Source: Kiritimatiellia bacterium
Lineage (GTDB): Bacteria > Verrucomicrobiota > Kiritimatiellia > JAAZAB01
DNA length: 64,000 nt
NCBI GenBank assembly: GCA_040767085.1
Contig: JAXGPF010000011.1
Coordinates: forward strand, 32,001 to 96,000
Direction: 5' to 3'
Numbering within the stretch: position 1 is the first letter of the stretch; every line of letters starts with the position of its first letter. The translations under genes were made by a program, and so were the position numbers. Shown here one piece after another: positions 11,501 to 20,775 of the stretch. The notes under the pieces are model-generated. The model worked only from the letters and a program-made list of their open reading frames with translations, did no database searches and was not told where the DNA came from.

Positions 11501-12125
11501 CCTCCCAGAGAATTTCGTTTAAATCAAGCCCGGGCCTGAGATAGAGGTCATCAATCCGTCCCGGGCCATTTGAGACTTTCAGGGAGACTGCAGACACAAT
11601 GCCGCCCAGCATTGAAAACTTGTATGTCAGCGGTGTCTTGTTATCCACCGCGATAATAATCTCGTTGCGGGCTCCCGGCATCAGGATTGCGGACAAGTCG
11701 ACGGCGAGCGGATTAAAAGCAATGTAGGGGTAAAAAACAATGTGCCGGCCGTTAACCCAGACATTGATTCGATCGTAGGCCCGGCCGATACTGAGCTGAA
11801 TCGATTTGCCGGCCCAGTCCGCGGGAACATCAACGGACCTCCGGTAAAAAGCCGTGCCGCGCATCCCGACAAAGTTTGCGTCCTGCCATTCCGGCTTGGC
11901 CCACTTGGCCCTGGAAAAGCGGTCGGTCTGAAAATTCATATAGTCCGGCACGCGTAATTGCACATCGAAGGCCGCCGCATCGGGCAATTCCGGCGTATCG
12001 TTGGTTAGGCCGGCATTGAACGCAAAATCCCAATCGCCGTCCAACGACACTGCTTGATATGCCGCGCGGGCGGAAACCAGACAGAACATCATCAGACCCG
12101 CTGTAATTAAAGTGTTTTTCAACAT
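8391..12125 (-). CDS. Large secreted GH2-like glycoside hydrolase; 3' end displaced by ISL3
   Basis: Signal peptide, SLDGDWDF, GH2 sugar-binding domain (VWVNG, NEIIIAVDN), WHPDHPVLY, FGLRRW...LKLNGQPIFLR, AADEAGIVVQ. Sequence below about 8550 is not the genuine C-terminus. Confidence 0.8.
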   Translation of the reverse strand: MLKNTLITAGLMMFCLVSARAAYQAVSLDGDWDFAFNAGLTNDTPELPDAAAFDVQLRVPDYMNFQTDRFSRAKWAKPEWQDANFVGMRGTAFYRRSVDVPADWAGKSIQLSIGRAYDRINVWVNGRHIVFYPYIAFNPLAVDLSAILMPGARNEIIIAVDNKTPLTYKFSMLGGIVSAVSLKVSNGPGRIDDLYLRPGLDLNEILWEADLKAPFNEQMINNSSLKWVIKEWKTEQVVGRGVAAAGAFSNLQTVSWRSEHPGIKPWHPDHPVLYIAELSWEEQGKVIDTLKRRFGLRRWSTEERTLKLNGQPIFLRQIYANPEHAAHWRYPQDKDYWLKYFRLIKDRGYNGVDWLSIASPEALAAADEAGIVVQSGYMLDAKDNGYLGKALNVSNGSLQAPFLWADIARWTRRYPSMSIYVLGGEMNYYDGFIDDVARCNHAIKALNPESLLMPNQAMRGIEYSFSPEDKRSLTPQPFPHHAQRLMKITEFSDIFGQYNPLGCFSYYPLAGNWREINEWFTVYKRPLIAHEVMQSNRPRYAFPKDGKTTTLRYGKKGVENMIYRWGRWPAQKSEIDKQVADYSPDERSRLCYENMSRLSAILFKYVGEKMRKCGNLSGYQDICGHGGLTLFLAEDSPGFTAEGFRRFNNDDVLLLDWDAGMGLKYCWWEGEPFEALTMASLYGAESLAQGKFVWELKDGDKILLHGAAQAGDMPPGKVTHLAPIKFNWPAVARNSKLNLALTLSGSGRTIRNDWDFWVFKKRPAPNVEAACSHNMHSLLKSKCPAMRYLKDETAGTKLWIVDLLDDLAIRHLEEGGDVVLVGGKPLPLYTQWAKFEQGHRNHHNHGTIVYKHPVFKDIPNDGWGDWQFYPLLNGAAPVIFRNDRTSDAYASKLVFNPNQKLMKDVPFNPILEIIHLRRQADQASIFELMAGKGRLFVTTCAMDMENPVCATLFDSILEYVSGPQFNPAGEISTRTLRGFLEDAGPLIAHNTAGIKLQNFDGGDFVPNYKIFGIAPKNALSISAGQRARAAFVLKASQVPETFEQQLVLALEGQDFDKPGITHVELCLNGHSIFKGTNQFVKMGWSFWKIPFAKELLVAGPNTLEFRNLESSASVNQWFAIARITLKADDSYVREGAARPSGAAVKNDREPPVMKLISNPPLEQRGHENIGTRNTVFEIKAADKDSGVKQIEYSIEFVGKNYIQYKKFMQWARDGATVIKGRFGRLASAQTMPDSNRHFEMAERR

Positions 12126-12190
12126 TCTCCGCTCCCTTTTATGCCGTGGTTATAGACTTTTGCAAAACATGCCGCGCCCGATTTGCGGCC

Positions 12191-13411
12191 TTAATCGTGC
12201 CAGTGTATTCGCGCCAGTAGCAGATTCCCTATGTATTGGATGTAGTTGATCGTCTTGGTTTCAACATAGAATCTTTTGCCTTGCACCGAGTGCTGGAACC
12301 TTCCTTCCAGCCACTCGCCGACGGCAATCCAGGATTCATTTGCCGCCACATCGGTGACGCAGAAGTTGCCCATGCGGGCGCCCTTCTCGGGGAAAACGAT
12401 CCTTTCCGTGCCGCGGCGCACCCGCAGTTGATCCGGATCAACCTCCGCCATAAACAACGGCGCCCGGCTGCGGAAAACACCGTTGTTCAGCTCGCTTTTG
12501 CGATTATAAATCAGGTAGAGCCTGTCATGGTGTTTCAACCAGTGCTGCTGGGTGTTGTAGTTGCCCAAATCGCGGCCATCGTCAAATTTCCAGGTCTCCA
12601 AATCCTTGAAATGAAGCCCGTCTTTGCTGGTTGTCACATAACTTCTAAGCTTGTGGCGGATCGTCATAAAAAACCGGCCTTGAAAGCATATCATGGATGG
12701 CTCGTGAAGGCCGCGATCTTCTTCAAACCCATGCATGCTGCCGTGCTCGATATACTGCAATTCCGAGCCATCAAAGCCGCAGCGCATAACGGTCACCTTG
12801 GAATATCGGCGGTTGTCAAGCTCGTCGCAAATGGCAGGAATCAAGATCGTCCCGTCATCGCATTCATGTATTTGATTGCACCCCTGCGGCCAGATGTTTA
12901 CGCCGCTGAGTTGTGCCGGGAATGCAACTTTTGTCCATGGTTGAAAATCTTTCTGCCGGGCATTCCAGACAGCGTAGGCCATGACCCTTTTGAGATTGGG
13001 CGCGGTAATATATTGTTCGGATTTAAACCCGGTCTCACCGCCTCTGTCCCTGAGAAATATCGTCAGACCGATCCCCAGCAACGTTCCGCTATGCCGGTGA
13101 TAAAAAAGCCCCAGTCCGCCACCGGCGCCGCCAAAGGACTCAAACACATCGTCCGCCATGGGGATTTTGAACAGATTCTGGCTTTCCATTGGCGGCGTCC
13201 AGGTCCGGCCCAGGTCGCTCGTCAGCAGAAAATGGCATGGCCCTATATCATTGCCGGTTAATTGCGTGACGGACAACACGATTTCAGGATGTTTGCCCGC
13301 GTTCCCGGACGGAATAACTCCCACCGTCGGCGCAAACCAAGCCTGGTTATTCCGGCGGCCATGCAGGACAATCTCGTTTTCGATTCCGGCAATATTATCC
13401 ATAATTTCCAT
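12191..13411 (-). CDS. Sialidase/BNR-fold beta-propeller protein, no signal peptide
   Basis: Asp-box-like TSDLGRTW and TSKDGLHF; GLHEPS; LGNYNTQQHW...RSRAPLFMAEVDP motif set. Confidence 0.8.
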   Translation of the reverse strand: MEIMDNIAGIENEIVLHGRRNNQAWFAPTVGVIPSGNAGKHPEIVLSVTQLTGNDIGPCHFLLTSDLGRTWTPPMESQNLFKIPMADDVFESFGGAGGGLGLFYHRHSGTLLGIGLTIFLRDRGGETGFKSEQYITAPNLKRVMAYAVWNARQKDFQPWTKVAFPAQLSGVNIWPQGCNQIHECDDGTILIPAICDELDNRRYSKVTVMRCGFDGSELQYIEHGSMHGFEEDRGLHEPSMICFQGRFFMTIRHKLRSYVTTSKDGLHFKDLETWKFDDGRDLGNYNTQQHWLKHHDRLYLIYNRKSELNNGVFRSRAPLFMAEVDPDQLRVRRGTERIVFPEKGARMGNFCVTDVAANESWIAVGEWLEGRFQHSVQGKRFYVETKTINYIQYIGNLLLARIHWHD

Positions 13412-13414
13412 GCA

Positions 13415-15508
13415 TTATTGAAGAATATTACTGTTGGTTAACGGCCTTGGCGTCACAAGCGTTGCTTGAATTTCACGGACGGTGTTGCGCGTCGCCATGA
13501 TCGCATCGTTAACCCGTGGATGCCATGGCTCCGGTCCCAGGTGGGCGCGCCAGTCCATGATGGCCGCGGCGTTTTCTTCAGCCGCTTCGTTGAGGGCCTG
13601 CAACCCCGCGACCACCCCGGGTTGTTCACCGCGCCGGTTCGACAAGGCAATTCGATAAACGCTTCGCGCCAGTTTGGCGTACGACATGACCACGCGGGTT
13701 TCCAGCGCATAGCGGGGGTCTTTCAGAGTCCCGGCGATTTTCAGAGCCCTTTCGCAAGCGCGTATTTTGTCGTCGAATGCCGCCGGAGACGCATAGTATC
13801 GGAACATGCCTTCGCCCAGTTCGGGATACAATTTATTCCGGATCATTTCGACGGCCTTGCTGCGGGTGTAACATTCAGGCAGGTCGGAGTCGTAAACGTC
13901 GAACTCGACAGGCCCCATGCAGGCTGCCCATTCGGCGAAGGCATCCGGGTCAAGCCCCGCGCGCGTCGCCCAAGCGAGCGCAAATTCGCGCGGCGAGCGG
14001 CCTTTGACATTCCAGCTCCATTCCGCCAGGGCCGCAATATTGTATCCGCAGATTTCCAGGTCAAAGTTCCGCCAGGCCATCATGCCATACACCGCCTTGT
14101 AACCGCGGTGATAAAGCTGTTCGACAAAATCCCGGACGCGCTCCGCCGAGCATTCGGGCAACTTGAATTCCGGAGTTTCCACCGCGCCGTTCACGTTGAT
14201 CGGCGCATCATAGGACGCCATCCATACCCCGGCGCTTGCATAGCCGTCGAACAGGGCATTGCGGAACAAATCCCGCGGCGAGTGTCGCACGCGCCCCATT
14301 TCCGCGGCGCAGGCCCGCTCAACACGGACTTCCTGCGGTAGGGTGGCCAACAGCCTGTAATATCCCACGCTATCGGTAGTGGTGGAAATAAACAGGCGGA
14401 TTTTTAAATTCGGATACTGCCGGCGCGCATTTTCCCAGGCCTGAACGCATGCCGCGGCTTCGAGCACGAACTGCCCGCTTGCCAGGCAATTGTCGCACTG
14501 ACACTGGGCGGGGCGCTCGCTCAGCCAGCAACTGATTTCGTTGGCGCCTTGCCGGGCTAAATCCGCCATCCAGTCTGCAATAATTTTCGCCAAGAGAGGA
14601 TTGGAGGCGCAGGGAACCGGATGGGAGTATCGCCCCTTGCCGTGGGCAAAATAACTGCCGGCGTCGGCTTCTTTACCTTGCCCTTTCAATTCGGGATACG
14701 CGTCAAATAAACCATAGCGATGCAGGAAATTCAGATGCTCTATTTTAGGAATGATGTTGAACGCCCGGCTTCGCGCGCGCTCAAGCAATGCCCCATCAAT
14801 TTGACAAGACGCGGACTGCCCCCGGATAATGGGCGATACTTTTGAACTCGTGTTCGCAAAATTCAACTTGATGTCGGCCCACCTTTCGAAATGCCGGGCG
14901 CTTTGGCCATTCCATATTCCGCGCTCCTCGAAATCAGGCCAGTCAAGAATATCCGCCAGCGGGATAACTATTGCTTCCGGCGTCGCGGCAGTCCCCAGAA
15001 GTTGCCGCAGCGTCCGGACGGCGTAAAAGATTCCACGGTCGTCGACGGCGGTAACGTCCAGCGCCTGCCGCCCATCCGCCGCGATCCGGTACGCCTGGGC
15101 GGCGTTGGGAAGTTTTTTCAATTCCGGGTCAGTCGGTACAAGTAGGAATCGGAAAACAAATTCCGTGCCACTGATATCCGCCCCGGTTTTCGCCTTCAGC
15201 ATATCTTTGAATTCCTGCACCGCGGTGTTGCCGGCGGCACCCAGACTGCCTGCGACGGCCATGCCGACGGACGCTGGCCGCAACGTGATCGTTTCGCCAA
15301 TTGCAAGCCGTTGGGGCATGGGCAGCAGCAGTCGGGCAAAGAGCATTTCGTCGCAGGGCGTCATTTTTGTTATTTCCATTCCGGCGTGCGTGTTTGATAA
15401 CGCGATGATGACGCCCGCCATAAGGCTGGCTACAGTTTTATTCATACTAGCGATCCCTTTCATCCATGCTGCTTTGTTTGCGGTTTCCTTGACCGGCTCC
15501 GGATTCAT
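13415..15508 (-). CDS. Secreted protein with GH20 zincin-like N-terminal domain and uncharacterised TIM barrel
   Basis: LLPMPQ, QAYRI, DDRGIFYAVRTLRQL, DILDWPDFEERGIW; CASNP and CQCDNC motifs. Confidence 0.72.
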   Translation of the reverse strand: MNPEPVKETANKAAWMKGIASMNKTVASLMAGVIIALSNTHAGMEITKMTPCDEMLFARLLLPMPQRLAIGETITLRPASVGMAVAGSLGAAGNTAVQEFKDMLKAKTGADISGTEFVFRFLLVPTDPELKKLPNAAQAYRIAADGRQALDVTAVDDRGIFYAVRTLRQLLGTAATPEAIVIPLADILDWPDFEERGIWNGQSARHFERWADIKLNFANTSSKVSPIIRGQSASCQIDGALLERARSRAFNIIPKIEHLNFLHRYGLFDAYPELKGQGKEADAGSYFAHGKGRYSHPVPCASNPLLAKIIADWMADLARQGANEISCWLSERPAQCQCDNCLASGQFVLEAAACVQAWENARRQYPNLKIRLFISTTTDSVGYYRLLATLPQEVRVERACAAEMGRVRHSPRDLFRNALFDGYASAGVWMASYDAPINVNGAVETPEFKLPECSAERVRDFVEQLYHRGYKAVYGMMAWRNFDLEICGYNIAALAEWSWNVKGRSPREFALAWATRAGLDPDAFAEWAACMGPVEFDVYDSDLPECYTRSKAVEMIRNKLYPELGEGMFRYYASPAAFDDKIRACERALKIAGTLKDPRYALETRVVMSYAKLARSVYRIALSNRRGEQPGVVAGLQALNEAAEENAAAIMDWRAHLGPEPWHPRVNDAIMATRNTVREIQATLVTPRPLTNSNILQ

Positions 15509-18500
15509 TCAATGGACCTGGATTTGGATGCAATCCGTAGCGCCCCCGCCCTCCAGGCCGCTGGTAAACGTAACGGTCTGATTCCCCGCATTATCCGTCA
15601 CCCGCGCCCGGATGGAATGCCGTCCGGCCGGCAAGGAAAACGGACCCGCATACGGCTTGTATTCACTGGAGTTAATGGCGATCTCCACCTGTTTCACGCC
15701 CGACAGGCTGTCCTTGCTTTCCAGCGTAAATTCCGTTTTCGGCGAGGCAAAATATTCGCCGGCAATCTGTTCCACCGGAGGGCGGGAGAGCAGACTTAAG
15801 CTTGGCGGCGTCAGATCCAAGCCAACTTCCCGCATCTCCGCTTCGGCATCCGCCCGACTCTGTTTGACGGTAATGCGTTGAAGGCCGGCCTGGTCAATGG
15901 AAACTTTATCCGTTTCCTTCCACTCGCCATCATTAATCCGGCACCATCGCTTTGCTTGCCATGCCAGCGCAAACGGCTTGTTATGCCATTCCACGGGGAC
16001 GGAAGGTTTAACTGCCGTTTGCGCCGGCGCACCGGCCCCCTTGCCGGAAATAATGGCTTCCGCCAGCATGAACCAGCTCTCGCTGTTGGCCGGGTCCTCC
16101 GTATTGCGGAAAACCAGGACGTTCTGCCCCGCACGGATAATCTCCCGGCGGACCGGCAGCTTCCAGATGGACCAGCCTTTTTTAACGCAACGGTTTGTGC
16201 CGGCATACACTAACTGGCCGTTCAAAAGAATTTGCAGGCCGGTCGGGCCGGGCTTGTCGCAGTCTTGTCCATCAATCGCCAGAGTTAAATGGCCGCCGCT
16301 GGCTGTTGGAATCTGAGCGTCCTGCAGGTCAAAGACCGCCTTCATTTCGTCGCCGGGATTAACGGCAATCCCATCCCTGGGCTTGATATTAAAGTTTGAA
16401 TATTTTTTCCACAATGTGCCGCCAGTGAAGACCTGCGTCGAAAACCGCAGCGCATTTTTCTCGACCGTCGGCCATGTTCCCGGCAACAGCCGGCGCAACA
16501 CATCCGGGGAGACGGATTTCTCCGGATTAAATTTTTCACCCGCCATATAGTTAACCAGCGCGGCGAACAGCACGGCGCAAACCGGTTTGTCAGGATCGGC
16601 CACGCAGGTTGAAACCAGAAGGCGGCCTTTTCCGGCCTTGAGTTCAAAGATACAGGCTTGATCCCTTGACCCGAGTCTGTCAAGCACTTCCAGGATCGGC
16701 GCAAAAGGAATCTCCGCCATGATAGGCAGGCGGGGGTCGGCATCCGGTTGTTTACCCCAATCCTTCTGCCACCGGGCGGCAAAGATAACCGGCGCCGCGC
16801 CTTGCAACAGCGGATAGAACTGCCAATCGCCCCAGCCCGCATGCGGGATATGGGACCAGATCGGATGCGCATGCACAATCGTGGCGTGATTATGCCAGTT
16901 GCGATGCCCCTGCTGGAACGTGGTCCATTGAGTATACAAGGGAAAAGGGCGGCCTCCCGTCAAAAGCACATCGCCGCCCTGTTCCAAGTGGGCAATCGCC
17001 TCCTCATTCAGTAAATCCACGACCCAGAGACGGTCGGCACGGTTGGTGTCGGTCTGCGTCCAGAGCGGAAACTCGCGCGCCCAAGTTCTTCCCAAAGCCG
17101 GCGAGCATTTCGCTTTTACACCAGAAGCCACCAGGCGCCGGAATACCCAAAAATCCCAATCATTGGTCTGCGCCGCCGGGCGGTCATATGCCCGAAACGA
17201 TACCGCCAGATTTAGCCGCTTGTTTTCCGGCAGTTCCGGCCAGTTAAACACGATCTCCACCAGCGAGGTTACACTGCCGGCCGCAATCGCAACGGCCTGG
17301 GTAGAACCTTGTTTAAGCGTTTGCGAGCCGTCTTTTAACACCCAGCTCAGATTGCCGGACGGCGCCGGCGCGCCGTCGTATAATGAAACCATCACCCGCC
17401 CATTGAATTCATCGCCCATCCAATAGCAGCGGTTACGGCAATTACCGCCGTCAAAATCAAGCAGCACCACGTTGTCGTCGTTATACCTGAGCATCGAACC
17501 GGCTGCATAGCCCGGGCTGTCATCCAGAAACAAGTTTAAGCCCGCCTGCCCGCTGATATCCTGAAAGCCGGCTAGATTCCCGCATTTCCTGATCTTCTCA
17601 AACACATACTTACACATAATGGCGTTAAGCCGGCTGATGTTTTCATACGCAACCGCGGTTTTGGGATGATTATTAGCGATACTGTCAAGGACCGCTTTTT
17701 TTGAGCGGGGATATCCATACGTCCTGCACAAGTACTCGATGCCCTGTGGTCCGTACCGTAAACTGTTGAATTGGTCGCCCCACAAAAAAGGGGTCGAGCG
17801 CCCGCACATCAAAATTTCATGCGCAATCAAGGGCCGCTGATAAATCGTCAGCCAGGAATCCACCGTATGCCATGGCACGTCAAGTTTTACATAGCTGAAA
17901 TTCTTTTTGACCGTTCCGAAAATATCAGATACGACTGTGATTTGGCGCAGACGTTCGGCATGATACGGAAACGGCTTCTCGGTTAATTTTTCCTTTTTAT
18001 CCTCCGCGCTGAAACTGTATTCGATGCCGCGCATCGCCTGGTTCGGCAACAAAAGTGCTTCGGGATGCAGGGCGCGCATTAGCTGGTAAATCTTGGCACA
18101 GTCATCAATAAATCCATCGTAATACTTTATTTCGCCGCCTATGTAATAAATGCACATGCTAGGATAGGCCCGCGTCCAGCGGATGACATCCTCCCAAAGG
18201 TCGGGCATTTGGGCAATTTTTCTGCCGGTGGTCTGCTCCACCGTAACATGCTCCGTCGCGGCGCATTGGACCACAATGCCGGCCTCATCGGCCGCAGCCA
18301 GCCATTCGCCGGACATGGCCACATTGTAGGCATCAAATGAGTTATAGCCCCGGTCCTTGATGAGGCGGAAAAACCGCAGCCACCAGGCCTTGTCCTGGGG
18401 ATGGCGGGCATGGGTTATATCCGTGGTCCCGTAATATTGCCGCAGATAAATGGGCTGGCCGTTCAATTTCAGCGTGCGCCCCTCCGAACTCCAGCGCCGC

Positions 18501-19447
18501 AATCCGAACCGCTGTTCCAGACGATCAATCGTCACGTCGCCGTCTTTCCAACTCAAATCCACTAGATAAAGCTGCGGCGCGTTCGGATGCCACGGCCGGA
18601 AGTCATCCTGACGCACGCTCCAGGATAATGGCCGCTTCAGATCCTCCGGGTTAACGGGGACCGTCCCCCGCCCGAGCAGCGTCCCGGAAGATGCGGCGCG
18701 AATGCGCCACTCAATACCCGTTTTACCGGAAATTTGCGCCGAATCCAAGGCCGCCAGCTCCACCTGAAACACTGCTTCCTTCAAATCAGCGCCGGGTTTA
18801 ACATAAACGCTTTTGATGCAAGCCGGACCACCGGCAACGAGCAGGCGCACCGGTTCGACAATCCCCCCGTATCGCCAATATTGTTTTTCCATGGCTTGCG
18901 TGTTATCCACGGAAAGGACGATTTCATTCGTCGCGCCCAGCTTTAAATACCCGGAAATTTCAAGCTCCAGCGGCGTTATGCCGCTGTACGGATAAAAGGC
19001 CGCATGCTGACCGTTAATCCAAACATTGATCCGGTCGTAGGCCCGGCCGACATAAAGCCGGACCGAGCGCCCTTTCCAGACATCGGGCGCCAATACCGTC
19101 TTCCGGAAAAAACCGATACCGCTCAGCAGCTGGAAAACCTCATCAGCACTCGGCGGAAAATTCCACCAAGCGGCCGTTTTCAACCGATCGACCTGAAACC
19201 CAAGATAATCGGGAACAGCGACCTTGACATCGTACTGCGGCGCCGACGGAAGCTCAGGGGTGTCGGCCGCGCCCTCCGCCTTAAACGTAAAGTCCCAGTC
19301 GCCGTCAAGCGACATTTCCTGCGAGGCAGCGCCGGCAAATTCAGCCATCATTGACAACGCCGCAATGACCGCAAGAAATATTATTGTCAGATATTTCCGC
19401 ATACCGGTGTTCTCCTTGTGTTTGCTTGCGCTTTGATTTGTCTTCAA
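15509..19447 (-). CDS. Large secreted GH2-like glycoside hydrolase, paralogue of 8391-12125
   Basis: Same motif order: SLDGDWDF, GRAYDRINVWING, FGLRRWS.E.RTLKLNGQPIYLRQ, PNQAMRGIEYSFS, GWGDWQFYPLL. Start may be internal (MRKYL). Confidence 0.82.
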   Translation of the reverse strand: MKTNQSASKHKENTGMRKYLTIIFLAVIAALSMMAEFAGAASQEMSLDGDWDFTFKAEGAADTPELPSAPQYDVKVAVPDYLGFQVDRLKTAAWWNFPPSADEVFQLLSGIGFFRKTVLAPDVWKGRSVRLYVGRAYDRINVWINGQHAAFYPYSGITPLELEISGYLKLGATNEIVLSVDNTQAMEKQYWRYGGIVEPVRLLVAGGPACIKSVYVKPGADLKEAVFQVELAALDSAQISGKTGIEWRIRAASSGTLLGRGTVPVNPEDLKRPLSWSVRQDDFRPWHPNAPQLYLVDLSWKDGDVTIDRLEQRFGLRRWSSEGRTLKLNGQPIYLRQYYGTTDITHARHPQDKAWWLRFFRLIKDRGYNSFDAYNVAMSGEWLAAADEAGIVVQCAATEHVTVEQTTGRKIAQMPDLWEDVIRWTRAYPSMCIYYIGGEIKYYDGFIDDCAKIYQLMRALHPEALLLPNQAMRGIEYSFSAEDKKEKLTEKPFPYHAERLRQITVVSDIFGTVKKNFSYVKLDVPWHTVDSWLTIYQRPLIAHEILMCGRSTPFLWGDQFNSLRYGPQGIEYLCRTYGYPRSKKAVLDSIANNHPKTAVAYENISRLNAIMCKYVFEKIRKCGNLAGFQDISGQAGLNLFLDDSPGYAAGSMLRYNDDNVVLLDFDGGNCRNRCYWMGDEFNGRVMVSLYDGAPAPSGNLSWVLKDGSQTLKQGSTQAVAIAAGSVTSLVEIVFNWPELPENKRLNLAVSFRAYDRPAAQTNDWDFWVFRRLVASGVKAKCSPALGRTWAREFPLWTQTDTNRADRLWVVDLLNEEAIAHLEQGGDVLLTGGRPFPLYTQWTTFQQGHRNWHNHATIVHAHPIWSHIPHAGWGDWQFYPLLQGAAPVIFAARWQKDWGKQPDADPRLPIMAEIPFAPILEVLDRLGSRDQACIFELKAGKGRLLVSTCVADPDKPVCAVLFAALVNYMAGEKFNPEKSVSPDVLRRLLPGTWPTVEKNALRFSTQVFTGGTLWKKYSNFNIKPRDGIAVNPGDEMKAVFDLQDAQIPTASGGHLTLAIDGQDCDKPGPTGLQILLNGQLVYAGTNRCVKKGWSIWKLPVRREIIRAGQNVLVFRNTEDPANSESWFMLAEAIISGKGAGAPAQTAVKPSVPVEWHNKPFALAWQAKRWCRINDGEWKETDKVSIDQAGLQRITVKQSRADAEAEMREVGLDLTPPSLSLLSRPPVEQIAGEYFASPKTEFTLESKDSLSGVKQVEIAINSSEYKPYAGPFSLPAGRHSIRARVTDNAGNQTVTFTSGLEGGGATDCIQIQVH

Positions 19448-19468
19448 CTTCTGCTAACATTGCGTTTG

Positions 19469-20689
19469 TCATTCATCCTGCCAATGTAGTCTGGCCAGCA
19501 GCAGGTCGCCTATAAATTGAATATAATTAAAACTTGCGCAATCCGTCCAAAAGCGCTTTCCCTTTTTATGGTCAGAACGATCGAACGTCCCTTGCAGCCA
19601 TTCACCCGTTATGACCCACGATTCCGCGGGGCTTGCATCCGCGATGCAGAAGCATCCCATTCTCGCGCCTTTTTCAGGAAAGACAATCCGCTCCGTGTTT
19701 CTGATAACGCAAAGCTTGTCCGGGTCAACTTCGGCCATATATAATGGCGCCCGGCTTCTGACCACGCCATGATTCAGCTCGCTCCTGCGATTATAAACCA
19801 GATAGAGCCTGTCCTTGTGTTTCAGCCAGTGCTGTTGGGTGTTGTAGTTGCCCAAATCCAGCCCATCGTCAAATTTCCAGGTCGCTAATTCTTTGAAATT
19901 AAGCCCGTCCTCACTGGTCGTCACATAACCCCTGAAATCGTGGCGAATCGTCATTAAATACTTCTTCCGGAAATAAACCAATGACGGCTCGGCCAACCCC
20001 CGCGCTTCATTAACCGCGTGAACGCTGCCGTGCTCCAGGTATTCCAAGTTCAATCCATCATACTTGCATCGCAGCACCGTAATATTGGAATACGCGCCAT
20101 TGCCGATCCGCGCCGGGCCGGAATAGTAATAACCTGGAATGAGCACGGTGCCGTCATCACATTCGTGCTTCTGGCCCGCATAATAAACGCCCAGCCTGGA
20201 ATCGTCTGGCGTTTTCAATCGCTTCCACGGCTCGAAATCCTGCGTGAGGGGGTTCCATGCCGAATAGACGATGCTGGAGTAAAAACCGGGCACCCGGACA
20301 TGCTGTTCTTTTTTACACCGGTAAACGACGTCGCTGCCGGCATCCTCGACGCAATGTGTCCCGCCAATGGCGACCAGCTTGCCCGTTTTCTTATGATAAA
20401 GCGGCCCGAACCAAGGCTCCTCGAACACATCGTCTTCCATGGGAATTTTGTGCCATTGCTGGCTCAATACCGGCGGCGTCCATGTTTTACCCAAATCGGC
20501 GGTTCTGATAAACAGTTGAGGGCCGATGTCTGTGCCGGTCAGCAGGGTTGCCACCACAAATATTTCAGGGGCGCCGTTTGCTTCCCGTGCCGGCATTACA
20601 TCCATGCGCGGCTCAAACCATGCCTGGTTGTTTTTCCGGCCGTGCAGGATAACTTCATTTTCGATTCGGGCAATACGATCCATGTTCAC
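19469..20689 (-). CDS. Sialidase/BNR-fold beta-propeller protein, paralogue of 12191-13411
   Basis: Both are 406 aa; TADLGKTW, GLAEPS, LGNYNTQQHWLKH.DRLYL.YNR.SELN.GV.RSRAPL. Confidence 0.8.
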   Translation of the reverse strand: MNMDRIARIENEVILHGRKNNQAWFEPRMDVMPAREANGAPEIFVVATLLTGTDIGPQLFIRTADLGKTWTPPVLSQQWHKIPMEDDVFEEPWFGPLYHKKTGKLVAIGGTHCVEDAGSDVVYRCKKEQHVRVPGFYSSIVYSAWNPLTQDFEPWKRLKTPDDSRLGVYYAGQKHECDDGTVLIPGYYYSGPARIGNGAYSNITVLRCKYDGLNLEYLEHGSVHAVNEARGLAEPSLVYFRKKYLMTIRHDFRGYVTTSEDGLNFKELATWKFDDGLDLGNYNTQQHWLKHKDRLYLVYNRRSELNHGVVRSRAPLYMAEVDPDKLCVIRNTERIVFPEKGARMGCFCIADASPAESWVITGEWLQGTFDRSDHKKGKRFWTDCASFNYIQFIGDLLLARLHWQDE

Positions 20690-20775
20690 TCCATACCGCG
20701 GGCCATTGATTCAGGCTGCCGTTCCACGTCAATCCGGCCGGCAGCCGGAGCGCTGACGCATTGCCGGCGCCGCCA

